A DNA stretch of 64,000 nt from Chiloscyllium plagiosum (lineage: Eukaryota), in the NCBI RefSeq assembly GCF_004010195.1, contig NC_057728.1:47526166-47590165 (forward strand), in the 5' to 3' direction. This document shows positions 13,705 to 25,138 of this stretch, one piece after another. The position numbers were made by a program, and so were the translations under genes. Each line of letters opens with the position of its first letter. Positions within the stretch are counted from its first letter, which is position 1. A model generated the notes under the pieces. The model was not told the origin of the DNA, did not search any database, and saw only the letters and a program-made list of their open reading frames with translations.

Positions 13705-16700
13705 GTTTAAACTAGTTTGGCAAGGGGGTGGGTAGTTGTAGATGGGGCAATGACAGGATGTAGTGAATCTATCAGGAAGGTTTTTCCACATGATGAAACA
13801 AAGGGATCAGTTAAAGTGTGTTTGCTTTAATGCAAGGGATGTCAAAAGTAAGGGCAATGAACTTAGAGTATGGAGCAGTACTTGGAACTATGATGTTGAG
13901 GCCATAACAGAGACATGGGTTTCACAGGGGCAGGAATGGTTGCTAGATGTTCCAGGGTTTAGAACATTTAAAAACAGGGAGGGTGGAAGAAGAGGGGGTG
14001 CAACATTACTAATCAGAGTGCATCACAGCTACAGAAACAAAGGTTGTTGAGGAAGGTTTGTCTACTGAGACAGTATGGATGGAAGTTAGGAACAGCAAGG
14101 GAGCAGCCACCTCATTGGGTGTTTACTACAGCCCCCTAATAGCAGTAGGGAGATCGAAGAACTCATGCCGGTAGATTTTATAAAAATGCAGATGTAGCAG
14201 GGTTGTTATAGGCGATTTCAACTTTCCCCAATATCGACTGGCGCCTCCTAAGTGTAAATGGTTTGGATGGAGCAGTTTTTATCAGGTGTGTTCAGGAGGG
14301 TTTCCTTACTCTATGTAAACAGGCCGACAAGGGGAGAAGCAATTTTGGATTTGGTGCTCAGCAGTGAGCCAGGACTGGTGTCAGATCTCAGTGGGAGAAC
14401 ATTTTGGTGACAGTGACCACAACTGCCTCACGTTTACCATAGCCATGGATGGGGGAATTTGGCGGGGGGGGGGGGGGGGGGGGGGGAGGAGCAATTACTT
14501 TACCGTAGCCTTGGAGAGGAAAAGGAGCAGTTACCGAGGGAAGATATTATTGGGGAAAAGGAAATTAGGACACTATCAGACAGGAGTTGGAAGTACAGAT
14601 TGGGAGCAATTGTTCCATAGAAAAGGCACAACATAAATGTGCAGACTGTTTAAGGAGCAGTTGCAAGTAATGCACAAATTTGTTCTTGAGACAGGCAAGA
14701 CAGGGTAAGATTAAGGAACCTTGGATGACGAGAAGCTCAGTTTATGCAAGACAGGGTAAGATTAAGGAACCTTGGATGACGAGAACAGGGGAGCTTCTCG
14801 TCAAAAGGAAGGCAACAGCTTATGCAAGGTGGAGAAAGCAAGAATCTATCGCAGCTTTAGAAGATTACAGACTTACTAGAAAAGAGCTCAGAAATGGACT
14901 GAGGAGAGCCAGAAAGGGGGCACGAAAGAGGCCTGGCAGGAAGGATTGGGAAAAACAAAAGGCATTTTACTCAAGTGAGGAAAAAGAGAATGATCAGGGA
15001 GAAGGTAGGGCTGGTCAGGGATCATGTAGGCAACTTGCGTGTGGAGTCTGAGCAGATAAAGGAAGTCCCAAGTTTTTTGCTTCAGTTTTCACTAAGGAAA
15101 GGGACCTTGTTATAAATGAGAATTTTGAGCAGCAGGGAAACAGGCTTTACCAGATCAAGATTGAGGACGTTGATGTGCTGGAATATGCTGTCGTTGCTCC
15201 AGGAAGCCAGAAAGGAAGTTGCTAAAGTGCTGAAGATCTTTGCTTCCTCACTCTCCACAGGAGTCAGAATGCAGGATTGGAGGGATGTGAATGTTGTTCT
15301 GCTTTTCAAGAAGGGGAATAGGGAAATCCCTGGCAATTACAGACCAGCCAGTCTTACATCTGTGGTCAGCAAGGTTTTGGAAATAATTCTGAGGGATCGG
15401 AGTTATGACTATTTGGAAAAGCATAGCATGATTAAAGGCAGTCAGCATGGCTTTCAGGGAGCAGTTCACAAATCTTGAGTTCTTTGAGGTGATTAGACAG
15501 GTTGACGAAGGTCAAACAGTGGATGTGGTGTTTATGGACTTCAGAAAAGCATTTGGTAAGGTTCCCCATGGTAGGCTCATTCATGATGAAGGGCTTTTGC
15601 CCGAAACGTCTATTTTGCTGCTCGTCGGATGCTGCCTGGATTGCTGTGCTCTTCCAGCACCACTGATCCAGAATCTGGTTTCCAGCATCTGCAGTCATTG
15701 TTTTTACCTCATTCATGATGTCAGGAAGTATGGGATACAGGGAGATTTGGCTACCTGGATTCAGAATTGAATTGCTGACAGAAGGCAGAGAATGGTTGTA
15801 GATGCAAAGTATTCTGCCTCAGGTCAGTGACAAGGAGTGCCTGCAGGGCTCTGTTTTTGGGCCTCTGCTCTTTGTAGTTTTTATAAATGACTTGGATGAA
15901 GGAGGTTGTGGGGTGGGTTATTATATTTACCGATGACACAAAGGTTAGAGGTGCCATTGATAGTATCGAGGGCTATTGCAGGATGCAACACGACAGACAG
16001 GATGCAGAGCTGGGTAGAGAAATGGCAGATGGAGTTCAATCTGGATAAATGCGAAGTGAAGAACTTTGGAAAGTTGAACTCAAATGCTGAATATAGGATT
16101 AAAGACAGGATTCTTAGCAGTGTGGAGGAACAGAGGGATCTTGGTGTTCAAACACATACATCCTTCAAAAGTTGCCACCCAAGTGGATAGGGTTGTTAAG
16201 AAAACATGGTGTTTAGGCTTTCATTAACAGGAGGACAGAGTTTAAGAGTCACAATGTTTTGCTGCAGCTCAACAAGACCTTGCTGAGACCACACTTGGAA
16301 TATTGTGTCCAGTTCTGGTTGCCCTATTATAAAGATATGGAGGCTTTGGTGAGAGTGCAAAGAAGGCTTACTAAGATGTTGCCTGGACTGGAAGGCTTGT
16401 CTTACAAAGAGGTTGACTAAGCTCAGACTTGCTCTGGAGAGGAGGAAAACGACAGGTGACCCGACTGAGGAATACAAGTTAATGAGAAGCATGGATAGAA
16501 TCAATAGCCAGAGACTTTTCCCCAGGGCAGGATTGATCGGCACAAGGGGTCATAGTTTTAAAATATTAGGAGAAAGGTATTGAGGGGATGTCAGGGGAAG
16601 GCTCTTAATGCAGAGTTGTGTTTGCATGGAATGCATTGCCAAGTGGTGGTGGAAGCAGATTCATTAGAGACATTTAAGCAACTGCTGGGCATTAACATGG

Positions 16701-16820
16701 ACAGCAATGAATTGAGGGGAGCATAGTTTAGTTTTCTTTAATTTTAGGATAGGGATAATCCTCGGCACAAATAGGCCAAAAGGCCTGTTCTGTACTGTAC
16801 TTTATGTTCTATGTTCCATG
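13705..16820 (+). mobile_element. Decayed CR1 LINE (APE + RT + 3' tail)
   Basis: AITETW, SDHN, NYRPASLTS, DFRKAFGKV, WQMEFN motifs; TTCTATGTT tail; 39-bp-type local duplication at ~14695-14780. Confidence 0.92.
15589..15707 (+). mobile_element. Solo hammerhead-headed PLE 3' fragment (family A) inserted in the CR1 RT
   Basis: Perfect 13-bp TSD CTCATTCATGATG at 15576-15588 and 15708-15720; reads UGAUGA-A-GGGC-UUUU-GCCC-GAAA-CGUC. Confidence 0.88.
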
Positions 16821-16923
16821 TTTAGTTGAGAACTAATAGGACATTAACACATTAAATTTCTAGTAACTAGTAATTAATGGGAACTTGGGCCCTGAAGGTA
16901 ATGCAACAATTGAATTTGCTTAC

Positions 16924-16952
16924 CTGAAGTTAATGTAAAGTCCAATTTGATT
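16924..16952 (-). CDS. Spo12-like microprotein, 29-nt coding micro-exon 3
   Basis: ctttgtag|A ... CAG|GTAAGC; phase 2-1; (E)IKLDFTLTS; 106-nt upstream intron. Confidence 0.65.
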
Positions 16953-17058
16953 CTACAAAGCGTCATAACATTTGTTTTCTCCTTACATGCTGTTTTGATC
17001 ACTTCAGTTTCTCTAGCACTTTACAGACCACCATCAAGACAGGGCTTTTATAACTTAC

Positions 17059-17142
17059 TCTGTATGGTTCATGTGTTTTGTTTTCATCAATCTTTGAGAG
17101 CATGGAGAAAGCATGCTGTCAGTTGGACTCCGGAAGAATTTC
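17059..17142 (-). CDS. Spo12-like microprotein, coding exon 2 (double-SP box)
   Basis: Acceptor tttttttcatgtttag|G, donor GA|GTAAGT; 84 nt, phase 2-2; KFFRSPTDSMLSPCSQRLMKTKHMNHT. Confidence 0.8.
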
Positions 17143-17166
17143 CTAAACATGAAAAAAATGTAGTCA

Positions 17167-17408
17167 GTCATTGTCATAGAGTCAGATGTACAGCATGGAA
17201 ACAAACACTTCGGTCCAACCCGTCCACACTGACCAGATATCCCAACCCAATCTAGTCCCACCTACCAGCACCCAGTCCATATCCCTCCAAACCCTTCCTA
17301 TTCATATACCCATCCAAATGCCTCTTAAATGTTGCAACTGTACCAGCCTCCACCACATCTTCTGGCAGCTCATTCCATACACGTACCACCCTCTGCATGA
17401 AAAAGTTG
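17167..17408 (-). mobile_element. Short CR1-type 3' end copy (related copies at ~18261-18415, 28003-28100 and 59690-60170)
   Basis: Matches the reverse complement of the CR1 3' end at 24900-25138. Confidence 0.8.
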
Positions 17409-17456
17409 CCAGAATACCCCTTGCCATTTGCAAATTTTCTAGTTAAAGCAGCTTAC

Positions 17457-17548
17457 TTTTCCTGTGCCTGTTTTCTTTTTGTTAAACTTGGTGTTGGGGG
17501 TTGTTGGTTTGGGTCACTGTGCTTAGTCAAAGCTTTGTTTGAACTCAT
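17457..17548 (-). CDS. Spo12-like microprotein, coding exon 1 (exon begins at 17556)
   Basis: Acceptor ttctcttcttaccccactag|G, donor AA|GTAAGC; MSSNKALTKHSDPNQQPPTPSLTKRKQAQE(K); ends in phase 2. Confidence 0.72.
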
Positions 17549-18414
17549 TTCAAAACCTAGTGGGGTAAGAAGAGAAATGTTAAGCTGATAACATTCAATA
17601 TATGCAGCCAGTCAAATAAAACTAGCAAAAGATACAATGCCAAATTCCATTGTCATAGAAACAATAAGAATAGGAATAGTGTTGACAATACTGAGTGGCT
17701 TTGAGCCATTATTATGGGGTGAAAAAAATGTGACTATTTGAAATGATGCAAAGTCTTCACTTGAAACACCCCTAAATGAAAACTGCACCCAAAATGTTTT
17801 CTGGTGGACAGTGAACAACCCTTATCTCCTTCAACTTTGTCAGATTAGAATTTCCAGGCTTTCAAAGCCAAGCTGGCAAACAACTGGTTAGTACTCAGTT
17901 GTGGTAATGCAACTATTGGCCCTTCAGCTTGCTTCACTGAAGCAAAGAGGCTGACATGAGAGCAAATACCAAATTTGTCACCACAATAGTTTTGGTTTTA
18001 AAATTCAAACAGGTCATTTAAGGGATGAACATGTTCAAAAATTCAAATTTTGACAATTGTGTATTTGACATGGCGAATGCTGAAAGGTAACCATCTTACA
18101 GATTAGCACTGTCATAGCAATTAAACCATTCAGCAGGATTAGTTAGTGATAAGCATGTTTAAGATTCAGCATTGTCAATTATATACCTCATTTAAAACAT
18201 CAAGTGCAAATTATGAAGTTCATGGGAGAAGGAAGAATGAAGCTGCACTGATTATGCCAAGAATCAGAATCAGATATACAACATGGAAACCAATCCTTCA
18301 GTCCAACTTGTCCATGTCAACCTGATATCCTAAGTTAATCTAGTCCTATTTGCCAGCACTTGGCCCAAGCCAGGTAAACCTTCCCATAGACAAAACCATC
18401 CAGATGTCTTCTAA

Positions 18415-19226
18415 ATGTGGATGTAGGTCTGCTCACTGAGCTGAAACATTAGTTTCAGATGTTTCATCACCAGACAAGATAACAGTGAGCCTCAGGATGA
18501 GTACTGGAGGTTCGGCCTGCTTTCTATTTGCGTTTAGGCTTCCTTGGGGTGGGGACTTCATTACTTGTTCTTTTTCTTAGGGGTTGTTAAATGGAATCCA
18601 AGTCAATGTTTGTTGATAGAAGCATGGCATTCCAACTGGAACTCTAGGAGTTTTCATGCATTTCTGTTTGGCTTGTCCTAAGATGGATGTGTTGTCCCAG
18701 TCAAAGTGGTGCCCTTCCTCATCTGCATGAAAAGATAACTAGAAAGTGGATTATGCAGTTGTGGCTAGTTGATGTTCATGTATGCCAGTGGCTAGTTTTC
18801 TGCCTTTTTGTCCAATGTAGTGTTTATTACAATTTTTGTAAGGTATTTTGTAAATGACATTAGTGTTGCTTGTTGTTCATTAGCTGCTGTTTTAGTGTTG
18901 ATGAGCTACCATGATGCCAGAGGTCCGAGTAGTCTGACAGTCATTTCCAAGATATCTTTGATGTAGAAGTGGCTAAGGTTTCTGGATGTGTTGCCTGCTT
19001 GTTTGGGTTTGTTGCTGAGAAATCAATGGACTGTGTTCATCAACTGCAACAACATCCTAGGACAAGCCAAACAGACATCTGAGAATTCCTGAAGCACTGC
19101 ATTCCAACCAGAACTCTATCAATAAACACATTGACTTGGATCCCAGTCGCCACCACCCTCAGGAAACCTAAACACAAATAGAAAGCAGGCCATACCACTA
19201 GGGCTTCATCTGTACGCTCACTGATG
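18415..19226 (-). mobile_element. Penelope-like element fragment (GIY-YIG endonuclease) with an inverted 3' duplicate at 19041-19226
   Basis: Minus strand reads NVIYKIPYKNCNKHYIGQKGRKLATGIHEH...GHHFDWDNTSILG; degenerate hammerhead at ~18450-18490. Confidence 0.85.
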
Positions 19227-22200
19227 TTAGATTAGATTCCCTACAGTAAGGAAACAGGCACCGTCCCAGTGCGGACTTGTTGGGCCGAAGGGCCTATTTC
19301 CACACTGTAGAAATCTAATCTAATTAGAAACCTTTCCCCTCACCCTAAAGCTATGCCCTCTAGTTCAAATATATGCAGCCATTGGTAAAAGACTGGTCTA
19401 TTTACCCTATCCATGCCCATGATTTTATAAACCTCCATAAGATCATCTCAGCCTCTGAAGCTCCAGAGAAAAAAAAACAGCCCCAGCCTATTCAGCCTCC
19501 CTATTGCTCAAACCCTCAACTTACAGAAATAGAAGTATTACCTTCTATTTTTGGCAAGGGAGCCTCAGTTTGTGCATCTTTCGATTTGGCAATAATTTGA
19601 CTTTAGATGCAAAAACTTTTGCAACGAAAGTGAATTAAAGCCTAACAGGAGTGAACAGCTGGAGAGAACAACTTAAAATGCTGCAACCCGCAGAATTAAG
19701 GTTCTCAAATAAGTAGGAGATAAAGCTCTTGCTAAAATCTAATACTTGCAATTGCAAACTTGCCAAAATGATTCTTGCAAGGTGCCCATCTGTGTTGGAT
19801 AAAAACACACATAGGTTTCAATTAAAATCTAAGTAGTCAAATTTAATTTCAACCAACTATCAAATGAATACAAAATAGCACATCCGTAATTCAGCTTTGA
19901 TAATTTAAAAGTGTCAATTGTTTAAATTGCCTTTTCAGTAAAACACTGTTCAGTGCAGTGACAGAGCATTTCAGAGGCAGATCCTAAGTTGAGAACAGAA
20001 AAAAAAATAACTATCTTCACCTGAGGAAAAATCAGGTTGGATATTTGATCGTTTTCTTCCAATTTGTTCAGCAGGATCAGATCAGGCACGAGATCTACTT
20101 TAGAAAGCAGTGAAGACATACATTTGAAATATTCACTCCAAACCAGTAAAGAAATAACTTCCATTTAAAAAAAATTGCGCAGGGTATACAATTTTTGGGA
20201 AAATTGATTATAGCAAGTGGAACAATAAACATCAACATTAAAAAGGTGAAGCAAGCCCTGGACCAATTCCAAATGCAAAAGCAAACAGGCCACGTAGTAT
20301 TAACTCATGTAATTTCTAGCCCTAATTGCTCATGATTCCTCAATTCAAACTACCCAGAATGTTTCAAATGATTTGTTATAAATCATTAAGTCCAGCAACA
20401 TATTACAGTTAAAATGAAAGTTATTTATATTCTTAAATCCATGTTCTAGCCCTCACTACAGGAATGATACAAAAACACCAGACTGGTTAATTTGCTTTTA
20501 TGACTGCAATTTGAACTAAGCATGAGGATGTCATACTTCAGTTGGAGTAATGGATTTTTTTCAAGACCAAAATCCAATCCTTTGGCTGGGGGGGGGGGGG
20601 GGGGAAAGGAGTTCCACAAGATTAGAACATAAAGCATTAAACTTAAGAGTAGTTTAAGCAGAATAGCAACTCCATCTCTTCCAACCAAATCAAATCAAGT
20701 ACTAAGAACAGAAAAAGGCAGCATCTGTGGAGAGGGAAATGGAGTTAATGTTTACTCCGACGTGACTTCAGAAAAACAAAAAAGGTACAAAAACATTTGA
20801 GATGTTTGAGACATCAACCCATCTTGCTTCACATTATCCTGGTAGCACATCTTGTAGGACTGTCACATCCACTCATGTGGTGGACAAATTACTCACTGCA
20901 GGTGGGACCTCAGGATATCCCCATCCTCAATGAAGGAACAGCCCAGTGCAAAAGATAGGCTTAAGCTTTGTTTAAATCTTGAGCCAGAAGTGCAAGTGGA
21001 TGATCATCTCTGCCTCAATTGTCCCCAACATCACATGCCACACCAGCCAATTCAATTCATTCTGAATGAGTTGTTTGAAGGTACTACAAAGGCAATGGGC
21101 CCTGAAAGTTCCACCAATACCAGTGATTTTGCTCCCGAATTTGCCATAATTCAATTGCTGTTCCAGTGAAGTTACAACACTGGCAAAGCAACAACATTGG
21201 AGTACACCTGCAGACAAAGCAGGTCAAATCTAACTCAGTCAAATAAGATTCTAGACCAATTCCTTATCAGTAACTGATGATGACAATGCTATCAAGCTCA
21301 GCAATAACCTGATCAACTAATTAGGGTTCAGCCAGGGCCAGAGCTTCTGACCTCAAGCCTTGGATGAAACATGAACAAAAGTACAACTCCAGAGACAAGG
21401 TTAAGCAACATGGTCATACTCAACCTAGTGTGGCAAAGAGTCCCAGCAAAACTGGAATCAAAGGGGCATGGATGATAAACTCTCCATTGGTTGGAGTCAT
21501 ATCTGCCACATGGGATGACAATTGCAGCAGCTGGAGGTCAGCCTAGTCTGCATTTAGTGTCCTTGACCTAACAATCCTTAGCTGCTTCAAATGACCTTAC
21601 CTCCAACATAAGGTCTGAAATGGGGAAAACAAAATTGTTGATTATATAATGCTCAGCATCATTCATGACTCCTCAGATACTGAAACACTCCACAGACAAG
21701 TGTAACTAGACAATAACAGGTGGCAAGTAACATTGAAAATGCCAAGCAGTGACACAGTGTTAATCTCAAATAAGACAATCTGACCAAAGTCCCTTGTCGC
21801 AAGTCCCCACTGTCAACACCCTGAGGATTACCACAGACTAAAAACTCAACTAAAATCAGATATAAATATAGTGACTATAAAGGGCAGGTCAGAGACGAGT
21901 GACACGCAAGTAATTCGTCTTACTCTCCAAAACATGCTCTCCATCCACAAGGCACAATTCCCATTTGCCTGGATCAATGCAGCTCCAACACCAGCAACTT
22001 GACACCATTCAAGACAAGGCACCCAGCCGATTGGTACCAGATCCAAAAGATACACTCCCTCTGCCCTTGATGTAGAGTGGCAGCTGGTGTACATTACTGG
22101 CCATTCTGCTATAACATTTCATTAACACAAATTCACTAGCAATTGATGAATTGGGGCTACTGTTTTAAAAGTATGAACTTTAAAACATGCAATGGTTATA

Positions 22201-23128
22201 ACAAGATTCCAGCCACATTAGTATAAATTGTGCTGCTATTACATAATCTTTTTATAACAGGATTGCAGGAGAACAGAGCTACCAAGTTAAAGCAGAACCA
22301 ACTACCTAAAAGATGAAATGCAGACATTTGAAAGGTCCTTAGACAACACCTTCCAAATCCCCAACAACTTCCATCTAGAAAGACAAGCACAGCAGATACA
22401 TGTGAACATCACCGACACATTCTGTTCTAAGGCACTCATCACCCTGACTTGGAAATACACCCGGGTCCCTCTGTCTGAGCCACTATCCGAGAATTCCTTC
22501 CTTAAGAGAAGCATGAGTCAACCAACAGCACATTGAGTTCAGCAGTTCAATACAACAATTCACCACCACCACCTTCAAGGGTAACTAGGACTGGACAATA
22601 AATGCTGGTAAGTCAGTAACACCCTCATCCCAAAAATAAAAGAAAACACGAGTGATAATGTCTCAACTTCTAGGCCAGAAAATCCAAGTACTATGGATGG
22701 ATCCTAGACATGTCAGTTAACAATATCTACGCGAACAATTACAGATGTTAGTAATTGCAATGCAGAAAAAAAACATTGAACAAATCAACTTTGGCAAAGG
22801 ACAAAATATGAACGATTAAATCAGAACGTTTTTGTCAGAAGTAATGGTGTACAGAAATTAAGCTTATTACTCCTCCTAAAATCAATACTTTCGCAGATCA
22901 AATTCCACTTTGCAGACCAAACGGGAAAGAGCTTCGGACGCTCGAAGTCGGAAAAAGAAAAGTTGCTAGAAAAGCTCGGCACTATTGTTTCCATTTATAT
23001 TTGGATGCGTCCTGAACACTAGCTAAGAGTCCAGCAAAATAACAATCCAACGCCACCAATCATCAGCCTTTTTATAATCCCAACAACCTGCAATTAGGAA
23101 GAGCTCGAAACAACCGAAAGTATCTCAC

Positions 23129-23196
23129 CTTTCCGAAATTACCCTCTCTGTGTATACAAACCCACTCTCTTACTAACAATCACCACCGTTTACTAT
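23129..23196 (-). other. Non-coding first exon of a putative Spo12-like gene (TSS approximate)
   Basis: Starts ~30 nt downstream of TATAAAAG (23226-23219), ends at a strong donor AAAG|GTGAGA, and contains no ATG. Confidence 0.6.
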
Positions 23197-23440
23197 TAAG
23201 CACGGCGCATATGGTCCCCTTTTATAACCGTCCATCCCACTCATCACGTGCTACGGGTTCCGCAGTTCCTCATTGGCCAGTTTCCCCGGGACCATTCAAA
23301 TGATGACAAGGTTCTGAACGGTTGAAGTGGCGCGGGCGGTAGCCCTTCCCCTTGGGGCCAACCGTCAGCGTGGGGGAAGGGCGCGGCTCTGTGTTGTCAT
23401 GGCGACCGATGCGCCATCCTCAGGCGGCGAGGCCAGTTGC
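23197..23440 (-). promoter_or_regulatory. CpG-island promoter with TATA, E-box, CCAAT, CHR-like, MYB-like, E2F/GC-box and RFX X-box-like motifs
   Basis: TATAAAAG 23219-23226(-); CACGTG 23245-23250; CCAAT 23272-23276(-); TTTGAA 23295-23300(-); CAACCG 23319-23324(-) and 23359-23364(+); GGCGCGGGCGG 23329-23339; GTTGTCATGGCGAC 23393-23406. Confidence 0.72.
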
Positions 23441-23832
23441 TAATTTGTCATGATTCTACCTAGGTGGCTTAAAAACGAGTTGTTTTTGTCTCTATGCAAG
23501 TGCATGTACCCTTCGACAGGTTGCTTCTCACTTTTTAAAATTCCAATGGCAGTAGGCATGATCTACTCATTCTCTCAAATAGACAGTCCCTGCAACCCCA
23601 GGATCAACCGAGTGAACCATATCTGTCCTTAAATAAGGTCCCAAAGTTGTGACTGTATTCCAGCTGTGTTCTTACTAATGCAGTGTACAGCTTTAACAAG
23701 ACTTCCTCACATTTTTTAAAAAATCAAAGAGCTGTGAATGCTGAAGATCTGAAAGGAAAACAGAAATTATTGGAGAAATTCAGCAGGTCTGGCAGCATCA
23801 GTGGAGAGAGAAACAAAATTAACTTTTCGGGA

Positions 23833-25138
23833 CTGTCCAAATTACAGAGGAGGAAGTGCTGGATGTCTTGAAACACATAAAAGTGGATAAATCCCCAGGA
23901 CCTGATCAGATGTAACCTAGAACTCTGTGAGAAGCTAGAGAAGTGTTTGCTGGGCCTCTCGCTGAGGTATTTGTGTCATCGATAGTCACAGGGGAGGTGT
24001 CAGAAGACTGGAGGTTGGCAAACATGGTGCCACTATTTAAGAAGGGTAGTAAGGACAAGCCAGGGAACTATTGACCAGTGAGCCTGACGTTGGTGGTGGG
24101 CAAGTTTTTGGAAGGAATCCTGAGGGACAGGATATACATGTATTTGGAAAGGCAAGGACTGATTAGGGATCGTCAACATGGTTTTGTGCGTGGGAAATCA
24201 TGTCTCACAAACTTGATTGAGTTTTTTGAGGAAGTAACAAAGAGGATTGATGAGGGCAGAGCGGTAGATGTGATCTATATGGATTTCAGTAAGGTGTTCG
24301 ACAAGGTTCCCCATAGGAGACTGATTAGCAAGGTTAGATCTCACGGAATACAGGGAGAACTAGCCATTTGGATACAGAACTGGCTCAAAGGTAGAAGACA
24401 GAGGGTGGTGGTGGAGGGTTGTTTTTCAGANNNNNNNNNNNNNNNNNNNNNNNNNNNNNNNNNNNNNNNNNNNNNNNNNNNNNATAGGATAGTGAAGAAG
24501 ACGTTTGGTATGCTTTTCTTTATTGGTCAGAGTATTGAGTACAGGAGTTGGGAGGTCATGTTGCGGCTGTACAGGACATTGGTCAGGCCACTGTTGGAAT
24601 ATTGCGTGCAATTCTGGTCTCCTTCCTATCGGAAAGATGTTGTGAAACTTGAAAGGATTCAGAAAAGATTTACAAGGATGTTGCCAGGGTAGGAGGATCT
24701 GAACTATAGGGAGAGGCTGAATAGGCTAGGGCTATTATCCCTGGAGCATCGGAGGCTGAGGGGTGACCTTATAGAGGTTTACAAAATAATGAGGGGCATG
24801 GATAGGGTAAATAGGCAAAGTCTTTTCCCTGGGATTGGGGAGTCCAGAACTAGAGGGCATAGGTTTAGGGTGAGAGGGGAGAGATATAAAAGAGATCTGA
24901 GGGGCAACCTTTTCACCACAGAGAGTGGTATGTGCATTGAATGAGCTGCCAGCGGAAGTGGTGGAGACTAGTACAATTGCAACATTTAAGTGGCATTTGG
25001 ATGGGTATATGAATAGGAAGGGTTTGGAGGAATATGGGCTCGGTGCTGGCAGGTGGCACTAGATTGGGTTGGGATATCTGGTTGGCATGGACGGGTTGGA
25101 CTGAAGGGTCTGTTTCCATGCTGTACATCTCGATGACT
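23833..25138 (+). mobile_element. Relatively young CR1 LINE 3' part (RT), with N-gap 24431-24483
   Basis: ORF 24078-24692 QHGFVRGKSCLTNLIEFFE...YMDFSKVFDKV...LVRPLLEYCVQFWSP. Confidence 0.93.

Noticed and set aside
19922..20164. 80-aa minus-strand ORF in unique sequence
   Set aside because: No recognisable homology, and it runs through a T-tract and splice-like signals; could be UTR or intron
23399..23443. Plus-strand ATG in good context (gtcATGG) in the CpG island
   Set aside because: Gives only MATDAPSSGGEASC* with no donor; it overlaps the X-box-like motif, and the TATA and donor point to the minus strand
24078..24692. Long ORFs such as this one, 1469-2113 and 6465-7133 as host genes
   Set aside because: They are fragments of LINE ORF2 with stops and frameshifts nearby
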